NCBI GenBank assembly: GCA_024637275.1
Contig: JAGXFS010000063.1
Location: 1-57,557, forward strand
DNA length: 57,557 nt
Reading direction: 5' to 3'
Source of the DNA: Acidimicrobiia bacterium
Lineage (GTDB): Bacteria; Actinomycetota; Acidimicrobiia; Spongiisociales; JAENVV01
Below the pieces are notes generated by a model. The model saw only the letters and a program-made list of their open reading frames with translations. It made no database searches and was not told where the DNA came from. The translations under genes and the position numbers were made by a program. Of the stretch, positions 24,712 to 32,881 are shown piece after piece. Numbering within the stretch: the stretch's first letter is position 1; each line of letters begins with the position of its first letter.

Positions 24712-26896
24712 GGGCCTTCACCCCTTCCGGGTCATAGAACGGCATCGGAACCCGGGTTGCGGTCGTCCCATCAATCTCGACGTCGCCGGGAAGCTGCCCG
24801 TCAGACCCGTGGTAAAGCCACGCCATCGATATCCCGTGGCCAAGCGTCGGCGACCAGCCCGCCGAAGTGACATACCCGCAGTATTCACCGTTGCTATAGA
24901 GCAACGCACCGTCGACGGTGGGACGCTCGGTGCGGAAACCCACCAGCAGCCGATCGAGCGGGATCTCATTGGTGCGGACAACGGAAGGCCTGCCGAGAAA
25001 ATCGGTTGGTTTGTCGATCTTGCAGGCCCATTCATGCTGAATCCGGCGCGGGGTGGAGTCGAAATCGGTATCGATGCCCACAAGAATGTGGCCCTTCTCC
25101 AGTCTCAGCAATTGCAGAGCTTCGAGACCATGGGGATAGATACCGAACTCGCCACCGAGATCGAGCAACGACCTCCAGAGTTCAACCGATCGGTCGATCG
25201 CGTGATGCAGCTCGAACGACAACTCGCCGGTGAAGCTGAGGCGGAAGACCTTGCACGGAACACCAGCGACTTGAACGTCGGCATGACCCATATACGGGGG
25301 CGGATCGACCACCCCGGCCTTCGCCAAAAGTTCTTTCGCGAGCGGGCCCGTCACATTGATGGCGGCGAGCGACATGGACTGGTTGAGCATCCGGACGTCG
25401 TACTTCGATCCCCAGTCACGCATCCACATTTCGGCGTGGCTGGCACCACCCGACGTGAACGTCAAGGAAAAGGTTCCATCCGCTTCACGACTGACGAGTC
25501 CATCGTCGAAGACGTAGCCTCGCTCGTTGAGCATGAGCACGTAGCGAGATCGTCCGGATTCGATCGTCGAAATGTTGGTTGGATAGATGTATTCAAGGAA
25601 GGATTCGGCGTCGGGACCTGACACGATCATCTTGCCGAGCGTCGAGACGTCGCCGATCGACACTCGCTCGCGGACTGCTTCGTATTCGGCACCCAGTTCG
25701 CCATACGTCCACGGTCGCCACCATCCTCCGATCCGATCCATCGTGGCCCCGAGGGCCAGATGCTCACCGTGCAGAGGCGTACGCGGGACCGGTCGGTCGT
25801 ACTCACCTGCCGACATCTCGCCAATGGTCAACTGACGGGCCACCGGCCTTGCCGTGAACGGTGGTTGCAGCGCGGCTCCCCGATCAGCCAGAAAACTTCG
25901 GAGGTATGGCATGCACGCCATGCCCTGGCAGGTACCGGTCCCCGCCAAAGTGGCTCTCTTGACGAGTTCGATCTCATGAAACCCTCGGTCCCACACCGCC
26001 TGGAGATCATCGACATCGACGTTGTTACACGGGCAGATCACCCCTTCGCTCGGACAGGGAGGCACGGTTGCGTCGCGCCCGGCGTCCCCGACGACGCTGA
26101 CCGCCAGGCCGTTTCCCATCCGGGCCAATCCGTCGCGGGGATAGATCCCAAGGTTCAACACCGCGGTGTCGCAGGGAGTTCGCTCCTCGCCGCTCTCGGT
26201 TCTCGTGACGACGGCAGCCAGTCGGCCATCGACGCCTTCGAATCTGACGAGCGTTCCTTCCACGACCTCGCAGTCAAGATCGTTGGGTGGTTTTCCGACC
26301 GCCACGGTGACGCCAAGACCCACGCCTTGGGCGACGAGGCGAAGGGCCGCCCGACCGGTGACGATGCCAACAAGATCATTGCCGGGGCACGCCGGCTGAA
26401 GCTCAGCTGCACCGGTTGCGACGACAATCTCTTCGCAGTCAACGTGAATGATGCGCTCGGGGGTTCGGGCGATGACCATTGGTCCGTCGTAGATCCCGAT
26501 CACCTCCTCGCCGCGATTCGCATCGAAGGACTCGACCATGCGGCCGGAGGTCGTAGCCCGGTCGGAAGCTTCCCGGCCGCTCTCGCCCTGGCCGATCACC
26601 ACCACGTCACATTGCCGGTATTCGATGGGCGGCGCGCCGTAGCCCCGATCAGGCGGCAGCGGGGGGTAGTCGTCGATCGGATGTGGTTGCACCTTCAGGT
26701 TCTCGTGCGGTGCGGTTTGGCAGGTTCGTACGTACGAGATGCCGTCGATGGTGGCGACGCAATGGGGACAATCGCCCTCGCAACAGAGAGCACCGCCGCC
26801 CGCCGGGTATATGCCGGCGCGAACCAGGGCGGTGAGCACGGAGTCGCCGTCGATGAACGCCACGTCGGTCCCGGCAAAGTCGAACATCTGAGACAT
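24704..26896 (-). CDS. soxA: sarcosine oxidase alpha-subunit-like protein (Cys-rich N-terminus, nucleotide-binding domain, GcvT-type folate-binding C-terminal domain)
   Basis: The start is placed at ATG 26896 (MSQMFDF). The N-terminus is Cys-rich (CCEGDCPHC...TC). Also present are VVVIGQGESG, CPCNNV...GTCQGMAC, and a GcvT-like C-terminal half (TPLHGEH...FELHH...GYVTSAGWSPTLG). Confidence 0.8.
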   Translation of the reverse strand: MSQMFDFAGTDVAFIDGDSVLTALVRAGIYPAGGGALCCEGDCPHCVATIDGISYVRTCQTAPHENLKVQPHPIDDYPPLPPDRGYGAPPIEYRQCDVVVIGQGESGREASDRATTSGRMVESFDANRGEEVIGIYDGPMVIARTPERIIHVDCEEIVVATGAAELQPACPGNDLVGIVTGRAALRLVAQGVGLGVTVAVGKPPNDLDCEVVEGTLVRFEGVDGRLAAVVTRTESGEERTPCDTAVLNLGIYPRDGLARMGNGLAVSVVGDAGRDATVPPCPSEGVICPCNNVDVDDLQAVWDRGFHEIELVKRATLAGTGTCQGMACMPYLRSFLADRGAALQPPFTARPVARQLTIGEMSAGEYDRPVPRTPLHGEHLALGATMDRIGGWWRPWTYGELGAEYEAVRERVSIGDVSTLGKMIVSGPDAESFLEYIYPTNISTIESGRSRYVLMLNERGYVFDDGLVSREADGTFSLTFTSGGASHAEMWMRDWGSKYDVRMLNQSMSLAAINVTGPLAKELLAKAGVVDPPPYMGHADVQVAGVPCKVFRLSFTGELSFELHHAIDRSVELWRSLLDLGGEFGIYPHGLEALQLLRLEKGHILVGIDTDFDSTPRRIQHEWACKIDKPTDFLGRPSVVRTNEIPLDRLLVGFRTERPTVDGALLYSNGEYCGYVTSAGWSPTLGHGISMAWLYHGSDGQLPGDVEIDGTTATRVPMPFYDPEGVKARA

Positions 26897-26956
26897 CGGG
26901 CCTGAGCGTAGTGTCCGCCTCCCCCGGATCCAGCCCGAAGGCGCGCCTTTATGGCA

Positions 26957-27038
26957 AACCCTGGGTTCAACCCTGGGTTGTTCTTGGGGCCCCAACACCC
27001 GATATCGGGCGTACGAACCCAGGGTTCAACCCTGGGTT
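26957..27038. promoter_or_regulatory. array of four 11-bp palindromic boxes AACCCWGGGTT (two tandem pairs) in the divergent soxA / sigma-factor intergenic region
   Basis: The pairs are AACCCTGGGTT-C-AACCCTGGGTT (26957-26979) and AACCCAGGGTT-C-AACCCTGGGTT (27016-27038). The palindromes GGGGCCCC and CCCGATATCGGG lie between them. Confidence 0.55.
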
Positions 27039-27106
27039 CCAGCGTTCGGAGGTTTTTGGGGAGGGCGAGGGGTTCTAGGCTGCGGGTCACGATGGGCGGG
27101 AATACG

Positions 27107-27133
27107 GGAACCAACAAGCAAACCGATGCGTCT
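27107..27133 (+). promoter_or_regulatory. ECF-type promoter (GGAAC-N17-CGTCT) upstream of the sigma-factor gene
   Basis: GGAAC is at 27107-27111, followed by a 17-nt spacer and CGTCT at 27129-27133. This is about 10 nt upstream of ATG 27143 and is consistent with autoregulation and a near-leaderless mRNA. Confidence 0.45.
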
Positions 27134-27142
27134 GGTTCTCGT

Positions 27143-27643
27143 ATGGAGGGAACCGTGACAGTCGAACAGGGCATCTCGCTGAGCTCTTTTGAAGAGTTCT
27201 ACAACGCGAAGCGTCCTCATTTGGTGCGCACCCTGGTGATCGTTCTTGGAAACCGGGAATTGGGTATTGAGGCGGCCGACGAAGCTATGACCCGCGCCTA
27301 TCAGCGCTGGGCCGACGTGCAGACCTATGACAACCCGGGAGGGTGGGTCTATCGAGTCGCCATGAACTGGGCTCGCACCAAGCTACGCCGATCCAAGCGA
27401 GAGCTGCCTTCGGTCTACGTCACGGACAAACCCCATATTGAAGATCCGCAGTTCGAGCCAAAGCTCGATGCGGCTTTGGCGGAGTTGCCGGAGAAATACC
27501 GGGCGCCAGTCGTATTGCGGTACTACATGGACTGGTCCATGGAGGAAATCTCCGATTCGCTCGGGATTCCCAAAGGTACCGTTAAAAGCCGAATCCATCG
27601 GGGTGTCGCCGCACTCCAGAAATCCCTTGGAGAAGCAACGTGA
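27143..27643 (+). CDS. ECF RNA polymerase sigma factor (sigma-70 group 4)
   Basis: Region 2 (FEEFYNAKRPHLVRTLV...EAADEAMTRAYQRW) and region 4 (RYYMDWSMEEISDSLGIPKGTVKSRIHRG) are recognisable. The start could be ATG 27143 or GTG 27155. The 230-aa ORF in the track runs through the repeat boxes and is over-extended. Confidence 0.82.
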   Translation: MEGTVTVEQGISLSSFEEFYNAKRPHLVRTLVIVLGNRELGIEAADEAMTRAYQRWADVQTYDNPGGWVYRVAMNWARTKLRRSKRELPSVYVTDKPHIEDPQFEPKLDAALAELPEKYRAPVVLRYYMDWSMEEISDSLGIPKGTVKSRIHRGVAALQKSLGEAT

Positions 27644-28152
27644 ATGAAACCGACTTCGAGACGCGCCTGCGCGGCCATCTGGCCGCCAAGGCGAGTCTCA
27701 TCGAAGTTCCCGACCACAAATTTGTGCAAACCAAAGTCGTCCCTTTTCAACCGCGCCGAAACCGATTCAACAATCTCGTGATGGCCGCCGCCGGGGTGGC
27801 CGTGGTCGCGATGCTCGGATTCGGCGTCCTGCAAGTGACCGGCGTAGGTTCTGAACTAGGAATCATCCCGACCAAACACGACCGGTGCCAGATCACGATC
27901 ATCCCCGGCCAGGAGGGCTATTGGCTAACGGCCAGCACCGCCGAGGCCCGCGTCGGGCCCTACGGCGCCAACGTCGGCCAAACGGTCACCGTTGAAGGAG
28001 GCTTGCCCCTCATGATTGAGGTGTTCGACTCTCCGCAAGCTACCGACGCCATCGCTGCGAACACCATCGACACAGCAGACAAAGACTGTGATTTCGGGGT
28101 CACCGTCTCCGACGGACCTGCCGGCTTTCAGATCGACGTCGCTCAGCGCTAG
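27640..28152 (+). CDS. putative anti-sigma factor (single-pass membrane protein)
   Basis: The GTG start overlaps the sigma stop (GTGA). There is one TM helix (LVMAAAGVAVVAMLGFGVLQV) and an extracytoplasmic C-terminal domain. The assignment is by context. Confidence 0.5.
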   Translation: MNETDFETRLRGHLAAKASLIEVPDHKFVQTKVVPFQPRRNRFNNLVMAAAGVAVVAMLGFGVLQVTGVGSELGIIPTKHDRCQITIIPGQEGYWLTASTAEARVGPYGANVGQTVTVEGGLPLMIEVFDSPQATDAIAANTIDTADKDCDFGVTVSDGPAGFQIDVAQR

Positions 28153-28197
28153 TCATCCGCGCGAGCCCGCTTGCGAGGGGCCTATCCTTAGGCCCGC

Positions 28198-29958
28198 ATG
28201 AACGTCCTAACTCACCTCTCTGACATCTTCGGCGCGGCATTTTCCGCGCAGGGACTCGATCCTTCCCTTGGCGAGGTCGTGGTTTCTGCGCGTCCCGACC
28301 TGGGGCAGTTCCAATGCAACGGCGCGCTCCCGGCCGCCAAGCAAGCCGGTCGCAACCCTCGCGAGATTGCCCAAGCGATCGTCTACGCCGTTGAAGTTCG
28401 GCCCGAATTCGCCGCGCTGAGCCTGGCCGGACCCGGGTTCATCAACATCGCGCTGACCGACGATGCGCTGACGAGCTATGCCAGCGCCATGCGCAACAAT
28501 CGCCTCGGTATCGACCCGGTTGGTGATCCCAAACGAGTGCTGGTGGACTATGGCGGCCCCAATGTTGCCAAAGACATGCACGTGGGACACTTGCGCGCGA
28601 CGATCATCGGCGACTCGCTCGCCCGAATTGGAAAGTTCGTCGGCCACGACGTCCTCGGCGATGCCCACTTCGGTGACTGGGGAACGCAGATGGGACAGGT
28701 CATCATCGGCATCCAGGAACGGATACCCGACCTCCCCTATTTCGACCAGGCGATCACCGACGGCTACCCCGATGTCTCCCCGGTTTCCATGGCCGACCTC
28801 CAGGAGATCTACCCGGACATTTCGGGGCGCGCCAATACCGACCCCGCCATTGCCGAAGCCGCTCGACTCGCCACCGTAGAACTTCAGCAGGGACGGCCAG
28901 GGTATCTGGCCCTCTGGAAACACCTCGTCAATGTTTCCCAAGCCTCCCAGCGGGCAGACTTTCATGATCTCGGTGTGGAATTCGACCTCTGGTACGGAGA
29001 AGCCACGGTTCACGAACTCATCGATCCACTCATCGAGCGGCTCAAATCAACCGGAGTCGCCACCCAATCAAAGGGTGCGCTCGTCATTGACGTGGCCGAG
29101 CCAGACGACAAGATGGACATCCCCCCACTCCTGCTACTCAAGGGCGATGGCGCCTACCTGTATACGACCACAGACGTCGCCACGTTGCAGATGCGGATGG
29201 ACGAGATGCAACGCCAGGAGCTTCTGTACGTCGTCGACGCTCGCCAGGCGCTGCACTTTGAACAGGTCTTTCGGGCCGGACGCAAAGCGGGGATCGTACC
29301 CGACGACGTAGTGCTGGAACACATCAAATTTGGAACCATGAACGGACCAGACGGCAAGCCGTTCCAGACTCGTAAGGGCGGAGTCGTCAAGCTCCGCGAC
29401 CTCATCGACATGGTGACCGATGCCGGCCTGGAACGGCTCGCCGAATCGAAGTTCACGGACTATTCAGAGGAAGAACGGGTCGAGATCGCCCGGCTCGTGG
29501 GACTCGCCGCCCTGAAGTTTGGTGAGCTATCAAACCACCGGCAATCGGACTACCTTTTCGACCTCGAACGGTTCACCAGCCTGATCGGCAAAACCGGTCC
29601 GTACCTTCAGTACGCGGTCGTGCGAACCCAGTCGATTCTGCGAGAAGCCAGGGAGGCCGGCTGGGAACCGGCCAATCTGATCGAGCCGACCGTCGATACG
29701 GAACGGCGTCTGATGCTCGAACTGCTTCGCACCCCCGACGTGATCACCCGGGCATGGTCCACCAGGGCGCCGAATCACATCGCCGAGTTCGCCTACGAAC
29801 TAGCCCAACAGTTCAACCGTTTCTACGAGGAGTGCCATATCCTCAGCGAACCGGACGAGGCCCGAAAAGCGTCGTGGTTGGGTCTAGTTGATTTGACAGG
29901 TCGAACACTGACACTCCTACTCGACCTGCTCGGAATCGACGTACCCGAACACATGTAG
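28198..29958 (+). CDS. argS: arginine--tRNA ligase
   Basis: 586 aa. It has the N-terminal Arg-tRNA synthetase add-on domain, the class I HIGH motif (PNVAKDMHVGHLR) and the DALR anticodon-binding C-terminus ending in M. Confidence 0.93.
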   Translation: MNVLTHLSDIFGAAFSAQGLDPSLGEVVVSARPDLGQFQCNGALPAAKQAGRNPREIAQAIVYAVEVRPEFAALSLAGPGFINIALTDDALTSYASAMRNNRLGIDPVGDPKRVLVDYGGPNVAKDMHVGHLRATIIGDSLARIGKFVGHDVLGDAHFGDWGTQMGQVIIGIQERIPDLPYFDQAITDGYPDVSPVSMADLQEIYPDISGRANTDPAIAEAARLATVELQQGRPGYLALWKHLVNVSQASQRADFHDLGVEFDLWYGEATVHELIDPLIERLKSTGVATQSKGALVIDVAEPDDKMDIPPLLLLKGDGAYLYTTTDVATLQMRMDEMQRQELLYVVDARQALHFEQVFRAGRKAGIVPDDVVLEHIKFGTMNGPDGKPFQTRKGGVVKLRDLIDMVTDAGLERLAESKFTDYSEEERVEIARLVGLAALKFGELSNHRQSDYLFDLERFTSLIGKTGPYLQYAVVRTQSILREAREAGWEPANLIEPTVDTERRLMLELLRTPDVITRAWSTRAPNHIAEFAYELAQQFNRFYEECHILSEPDEARKASWLGLVDLTGRTLTLLLDLLGIDVPEHM

Positions 29959-29984
29959 GTAGTGACATCGGTTTAGCCATAGAA

Positions 29985-30012
29985 AAAGGCCCGGGCATCG
30001 CCCGGGCCTTTC
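29985..30012. terminator. bidirectional intrinsic terminator between convergent argS and the repeat-protein gene
   Basis: AAAAAGGCCCGGGC-atc-GCCCGGGCCTTTC forms a 9-bp GC stem flanked by an A-tract and a T-tract. Confidence 0.75.
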
Positions 30013-30030
30013 AATTCGTTTCAGGCAGAA

Positions 30031-30843
30031 TTACTGGCCCTTGACGACAACCTTCACACCATCAACGGTCGTGCCGAGCACACCGGTTACTGCGTTCACG
30101 GCCGACTCGCCGATATTGCCAGCAGCTTCCATGGCGCCAGTTGCGGCAGCCGAAGCAGCGTCCTCGACACCGAGTCCGACCTCCTTGGCCGCACCAATCG
30201 CAGCAGAGATAGTCGTGCGAGTTACTTCGGCAATATCGCCGCCGACCTCACCGACACCACGGACTGCACCACGAGCAGTGTTCGAAATCGCCCCGAGCAC
30301 ATCGCCACCGGTATCGGAAGCACCCTTGACGGCACCCTGAACGGTTCCGGTCACGGCGCCAATCAAGTCACCACCAACCTCTGACGTACCTGTCACTACT
30401 GACTTGGCGAGGGTGAAAGCAGCGTCGGTAGCCGACATGCCTACATCCTTGGCGCCAGCCATGACACCCTGAGCCGTACCGCTGGCTACCTTCGTGAGGT
30501 CTCCACCGATTTCGGATGTGCCCTTGATGGCTGCCCGAACAATGTCGCTGATCGTGCCGGCAGTGACCGTGGCCACTTCGCCAACCGTGCCAACAAGACC
30601 GAGCACTACACCCTTGGCGACCTTGAGAATTCCGTCACCGATCTGGTCGACGGCGCTCAAAGCGCCGGAAACGACATCACCAATCGCATCGGTACCGCCG
30701 TGGATGATGCCACCAGCGCCCTTCAACACGTTGACCGTCGTGTCCTTGATCTCGCCGACAGTCGTGTCGGCCACCGTGCCGGCACCCTTGACGGTTCCGA
30801 CGATCGAGTCACGTACCTTCGTTCCAATTTCACCGAGCTTCAT
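30031..30843 (-). CDS. Gly/Ala/Val/Thr-rich protein composed of about 24 consecutive 11-residue repeats; function unknown
   Basis: GAAGGAGG lies upstream of the ATG. The 270-aa product has no Cys, Trp, Tyr or Pro and no signal peptide. The 22-mer unit is xGxxE[VI]GGDxx-xxxxxTxxGAV, for example KGTSEIGGDLTKVASGTAQGVM and TGTSEVGGDLIGAVTGTVQGAV. Confidence 0.7.
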   Translation of the reverse strand: MKLGEIGTKVRDSIVGTVKGAGTVADTTVGEIKDTTVNVLKGAGGIIHGGTDAIGDVVSGALSAVDQIGDGILKVAKGVVLGLVGTVGEVATVTAGTISDIVRAAIKGTSEIGGDLTKVASGTAQGVMAGAKDVGMSATDAAFTLAKSVVTGTSEVGGDLIGAVTGTVQGAVKGASDTGGDVLGAISNTARGAVRGVGEVGGDIAEVTRTTISAAIGAAKEVGLGVEDAASAAATGAMEAAGNIGESAVNAVTGVLGTTVDGVKVVVKGQ

Positions 30844-30948
30844 ATTGGCCTCCTTCAGTTGACCGAGCTGATGTATACCGCTCTGACCCTGAACGCTGCG
30901 AAAAGTTCTTAGCGCTCGAAAAAATTTTTGAACGGGCCGCCGGTCGGG

Positions 30949-31884
30949 TTACCAGCTGCCTACCACTCTATTCAGCGCCTTCCTACCGACCGCGGCAAAC
31001 GCCGGGTCGTCGGCAAGGCCTGTGAGTAGTAGCACGGCCCCAAAATAGATCGCCCACCCCCGTGCCCGCAACCACGTCTCGGCTGACGCCTCACCGTACG
31101 CCTGGCGAAACTCGTTGATTTGTTGCGGTTCGAAGAGCATCCACGCCACAGCCAGGTCCGTCGCCGGGTCGCCAGCACACATGTCACCCCAATCAATCAC
31201 CATGACCACTTCGCCCTCTTCCACGATGAGGTTCTTGGGATGGAGATCTCCGTGAATCCAGGTTCCCGGTGCGGCGTTGGTGGCCCGACACGCCGACTTC
31301 CACAAGTCAAGAACGTCGGCATGGGCAACGGTCAGACCGGCCTCTCGGGCATACACCGCCTCCAAGCGCTCCTCCACAGCCTCGGTGCGCTCCACCAGTG
31401 GCCCGCCTCTCCACGGGTTGATCGGCGCTTCAGCTGGCGGGACCTGGGCGTGCAGGGCGGCCAGAAACCTGGCCATCTTGCCCGCACTGGTTGGATTCAG
31501 TTCACCCGACGCGGCGGTGGATCCGGTCGCCCAATTCACGACACTCCAATCAAAGGGATAGCCGAGGCCCGGGGTACCGTTGAACAACGGTACCGGCACC
31601 CGGATCGGGAGCCCGGCGGCCAGGCCGGGAAGCCAGCGCTGCTCATTGGTGAGGTTGGGGGCGGCCACATCGCGCCGGGGCAACCGCACCGCAAGTTCGT
31701 CGCCGAGTCGGTACATTTCGTTGTCCCAACCAGTCGCTACCTTCGACAGCGGTAGGCCCGCCAGTTCGGGACACTGCGAACGTAGCAAGCCCGCGATGAG
31801 CTCGACATCTATCGCGACGGTGGCGGCGGGAGTGGCAGATCTCCGTCCGATGAGACCCGATGATTCCTCGGGACGTTGAGTCAC
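30949..31884 (-). CDS. aminoglycoside/choline-kinase-type phosphotransferase (APH family)
   Basis: GWDNEMYRLG, the Brenner motif IHGDLHPKNLIV and VIDWGDMCAGDP are present. The GTG start overlaps the upstream stop (GTGA). Confidence 0.82.
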   Translation of the reverse strand: MTQRPEESSGLIGRRSATPAATVAIDVELIAGLLRSQCPELAGLPLSKVATGWDNEMYRLGDELAVRLPRRDVAAPNLTNEQRWLPGLAAGLPIRVPVPLFNGTPGLGYPFDWSVVNWATGSTAASGELNPTSAGKMARFLAALHAQVPPAEAPINPWRGGPLVERTEAVEERLEAVYAREAGLTVAHADVLDLWKSACRATNAAPGTWIHGDLHPKNLIVEEGEVVMVIDWGDMCAGDPATDLAVAWMLFEPQQINEFRQAYGEASAETWLRARGWAIYFGAVLLLTGLADDPAFAAVGRKALNRVVGSW

Positions 31885-32771
31885 GAAGCCGCGACTGCCA
31901 GGTCGGCGAGGGCGAATCCACCGGCGATTCCTGATCTGTCGCCGAGACCAGGAGCCACAACGAATCCTTCGGCACCATGCTCTGGCAAACCCGGATAGCC
32001 TGCCAACGTTCGAACCAGCGCCGACCTGACTGCCGGGTGGAAGCCTTCGATCTGTGAGACGCCGCCACCGACGATGATCCGCTCGGGAGCCAACGTGAAC
32101 ACGATTGCTCGAAGTCCCTCGGCCACATAGAAGGCCTCCATATCCGAGGCCGATCGTCGGAGGGCTGGAGCCAATCGACGGGGCTCATCGCCCCACCGTG
32201 CCGAGATGGCCGGTCCGGATGCGAGCCCCTCAAAGCAGTCGCCGTGAAACGGGCACAAACCGGCGAACCCGTCGTCCGGATGGCGGGTGACCGCAACATG
32301 GCCGATTTCAGGGTGAACCAATCCGTGGAGTGGCCGGCCGTCTACGACGACTCCGCCTCCGATCCCGGTACCAACCGTCAGGTACACAAAGGAGGTCAGT
32401 CCGACTGCCGCCCCCCATCGACCCTCTCCCAACGCCGCGCCGTTGACATCGGTATCGATCCCGACAGGTACACCGAGAGCTTCGCCTAGGGCACCGGAGA
32501 GATCGGTGTTGGACCAACCGGCCTTCGGAGTAGAAGTGATGGAGCCGAAGTTGGAACGACTCGGGCGCAACTCCAACGGACCAAAGGAAGCCACACCGAG
32601 TGAGTCGATTGCGGGCTGGTTGCGGAAGAATTCTATGACCCGGCCAAGCGTTTCGGATGGCGAGGTCGTCTCGATTCGGGTTTCCGAGACAAGATCATCC
32701 GGACCGGTGCCGACGGCGCAGACCCACTTGGTCCCACCCGCCTCTATTGATCCCTGTAAAGCCCCAGCCAC
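31881..32771 (-). CDS. ROK-family sugar kinase (fructokinase/glucokinase-like)
   Basis: IEAGGTKW at the N-terminus, TVGTGIGGG, and the Zn motif HPEIGH...CPFHGDCFEG. Confidence 0.85.
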   Translation of the reverse strand: MAGALQGSIEAGGTKWVCAVGTGPDDLVSETRIETTSPSETLGRVIEFFRNQPAIDSLGVASFGPLELRPSRSNFGSITSTPKAGWSNTDLSGALGEALGVPVGIDTDVNGAALGEGRWGAAVGLTSFVYLTVGTGIGGGVVVDGRPLHGLVHPEIGHVAVTRHPDDGFAGLCPFHGDCFEGLASGPAISARWGDEPRRLAPALRRSASDMEAFYVAEGLRAIVFTLAPERIIVGGGVSQIEGFHPAVRSALVRTLAGYPGLPEHGAEGFVVAPGLGDRSGIAGGFALADLAVAAS

Positions 32772-32881
32772 ATTCCGGATTCAAGGGCGGCACCCAGGCA
32801 TTGTCAAGACAATCAGCGGGGAGATCCCGTCGGGCCAAAAAATGGTCGACGTTGCCCTCTCGACGCACGTAGCCTGCTCTC

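Noticed and set aside
26951-27142. N-terminal 64 residues of the 230-aa ORF 26951..27643 (MANPGFNPGLFLGPQ...).
   Set aside because: This stretch is the translation of the AACCCWGGGTT palindrome array and an ECF-type promoter. Sigma region 2 only starts after residue 75. The start was moved to 27143 or 27155.
30905-30945. AT-rich near-palindrome (TCGAAAAAATTTTTGAA) between the APH-like gene and the repeat-protein gene.
   Set aside because: It is probably just the terminator/promoter spacer for two co-directional genes. It is too short and isolated to interpret further.
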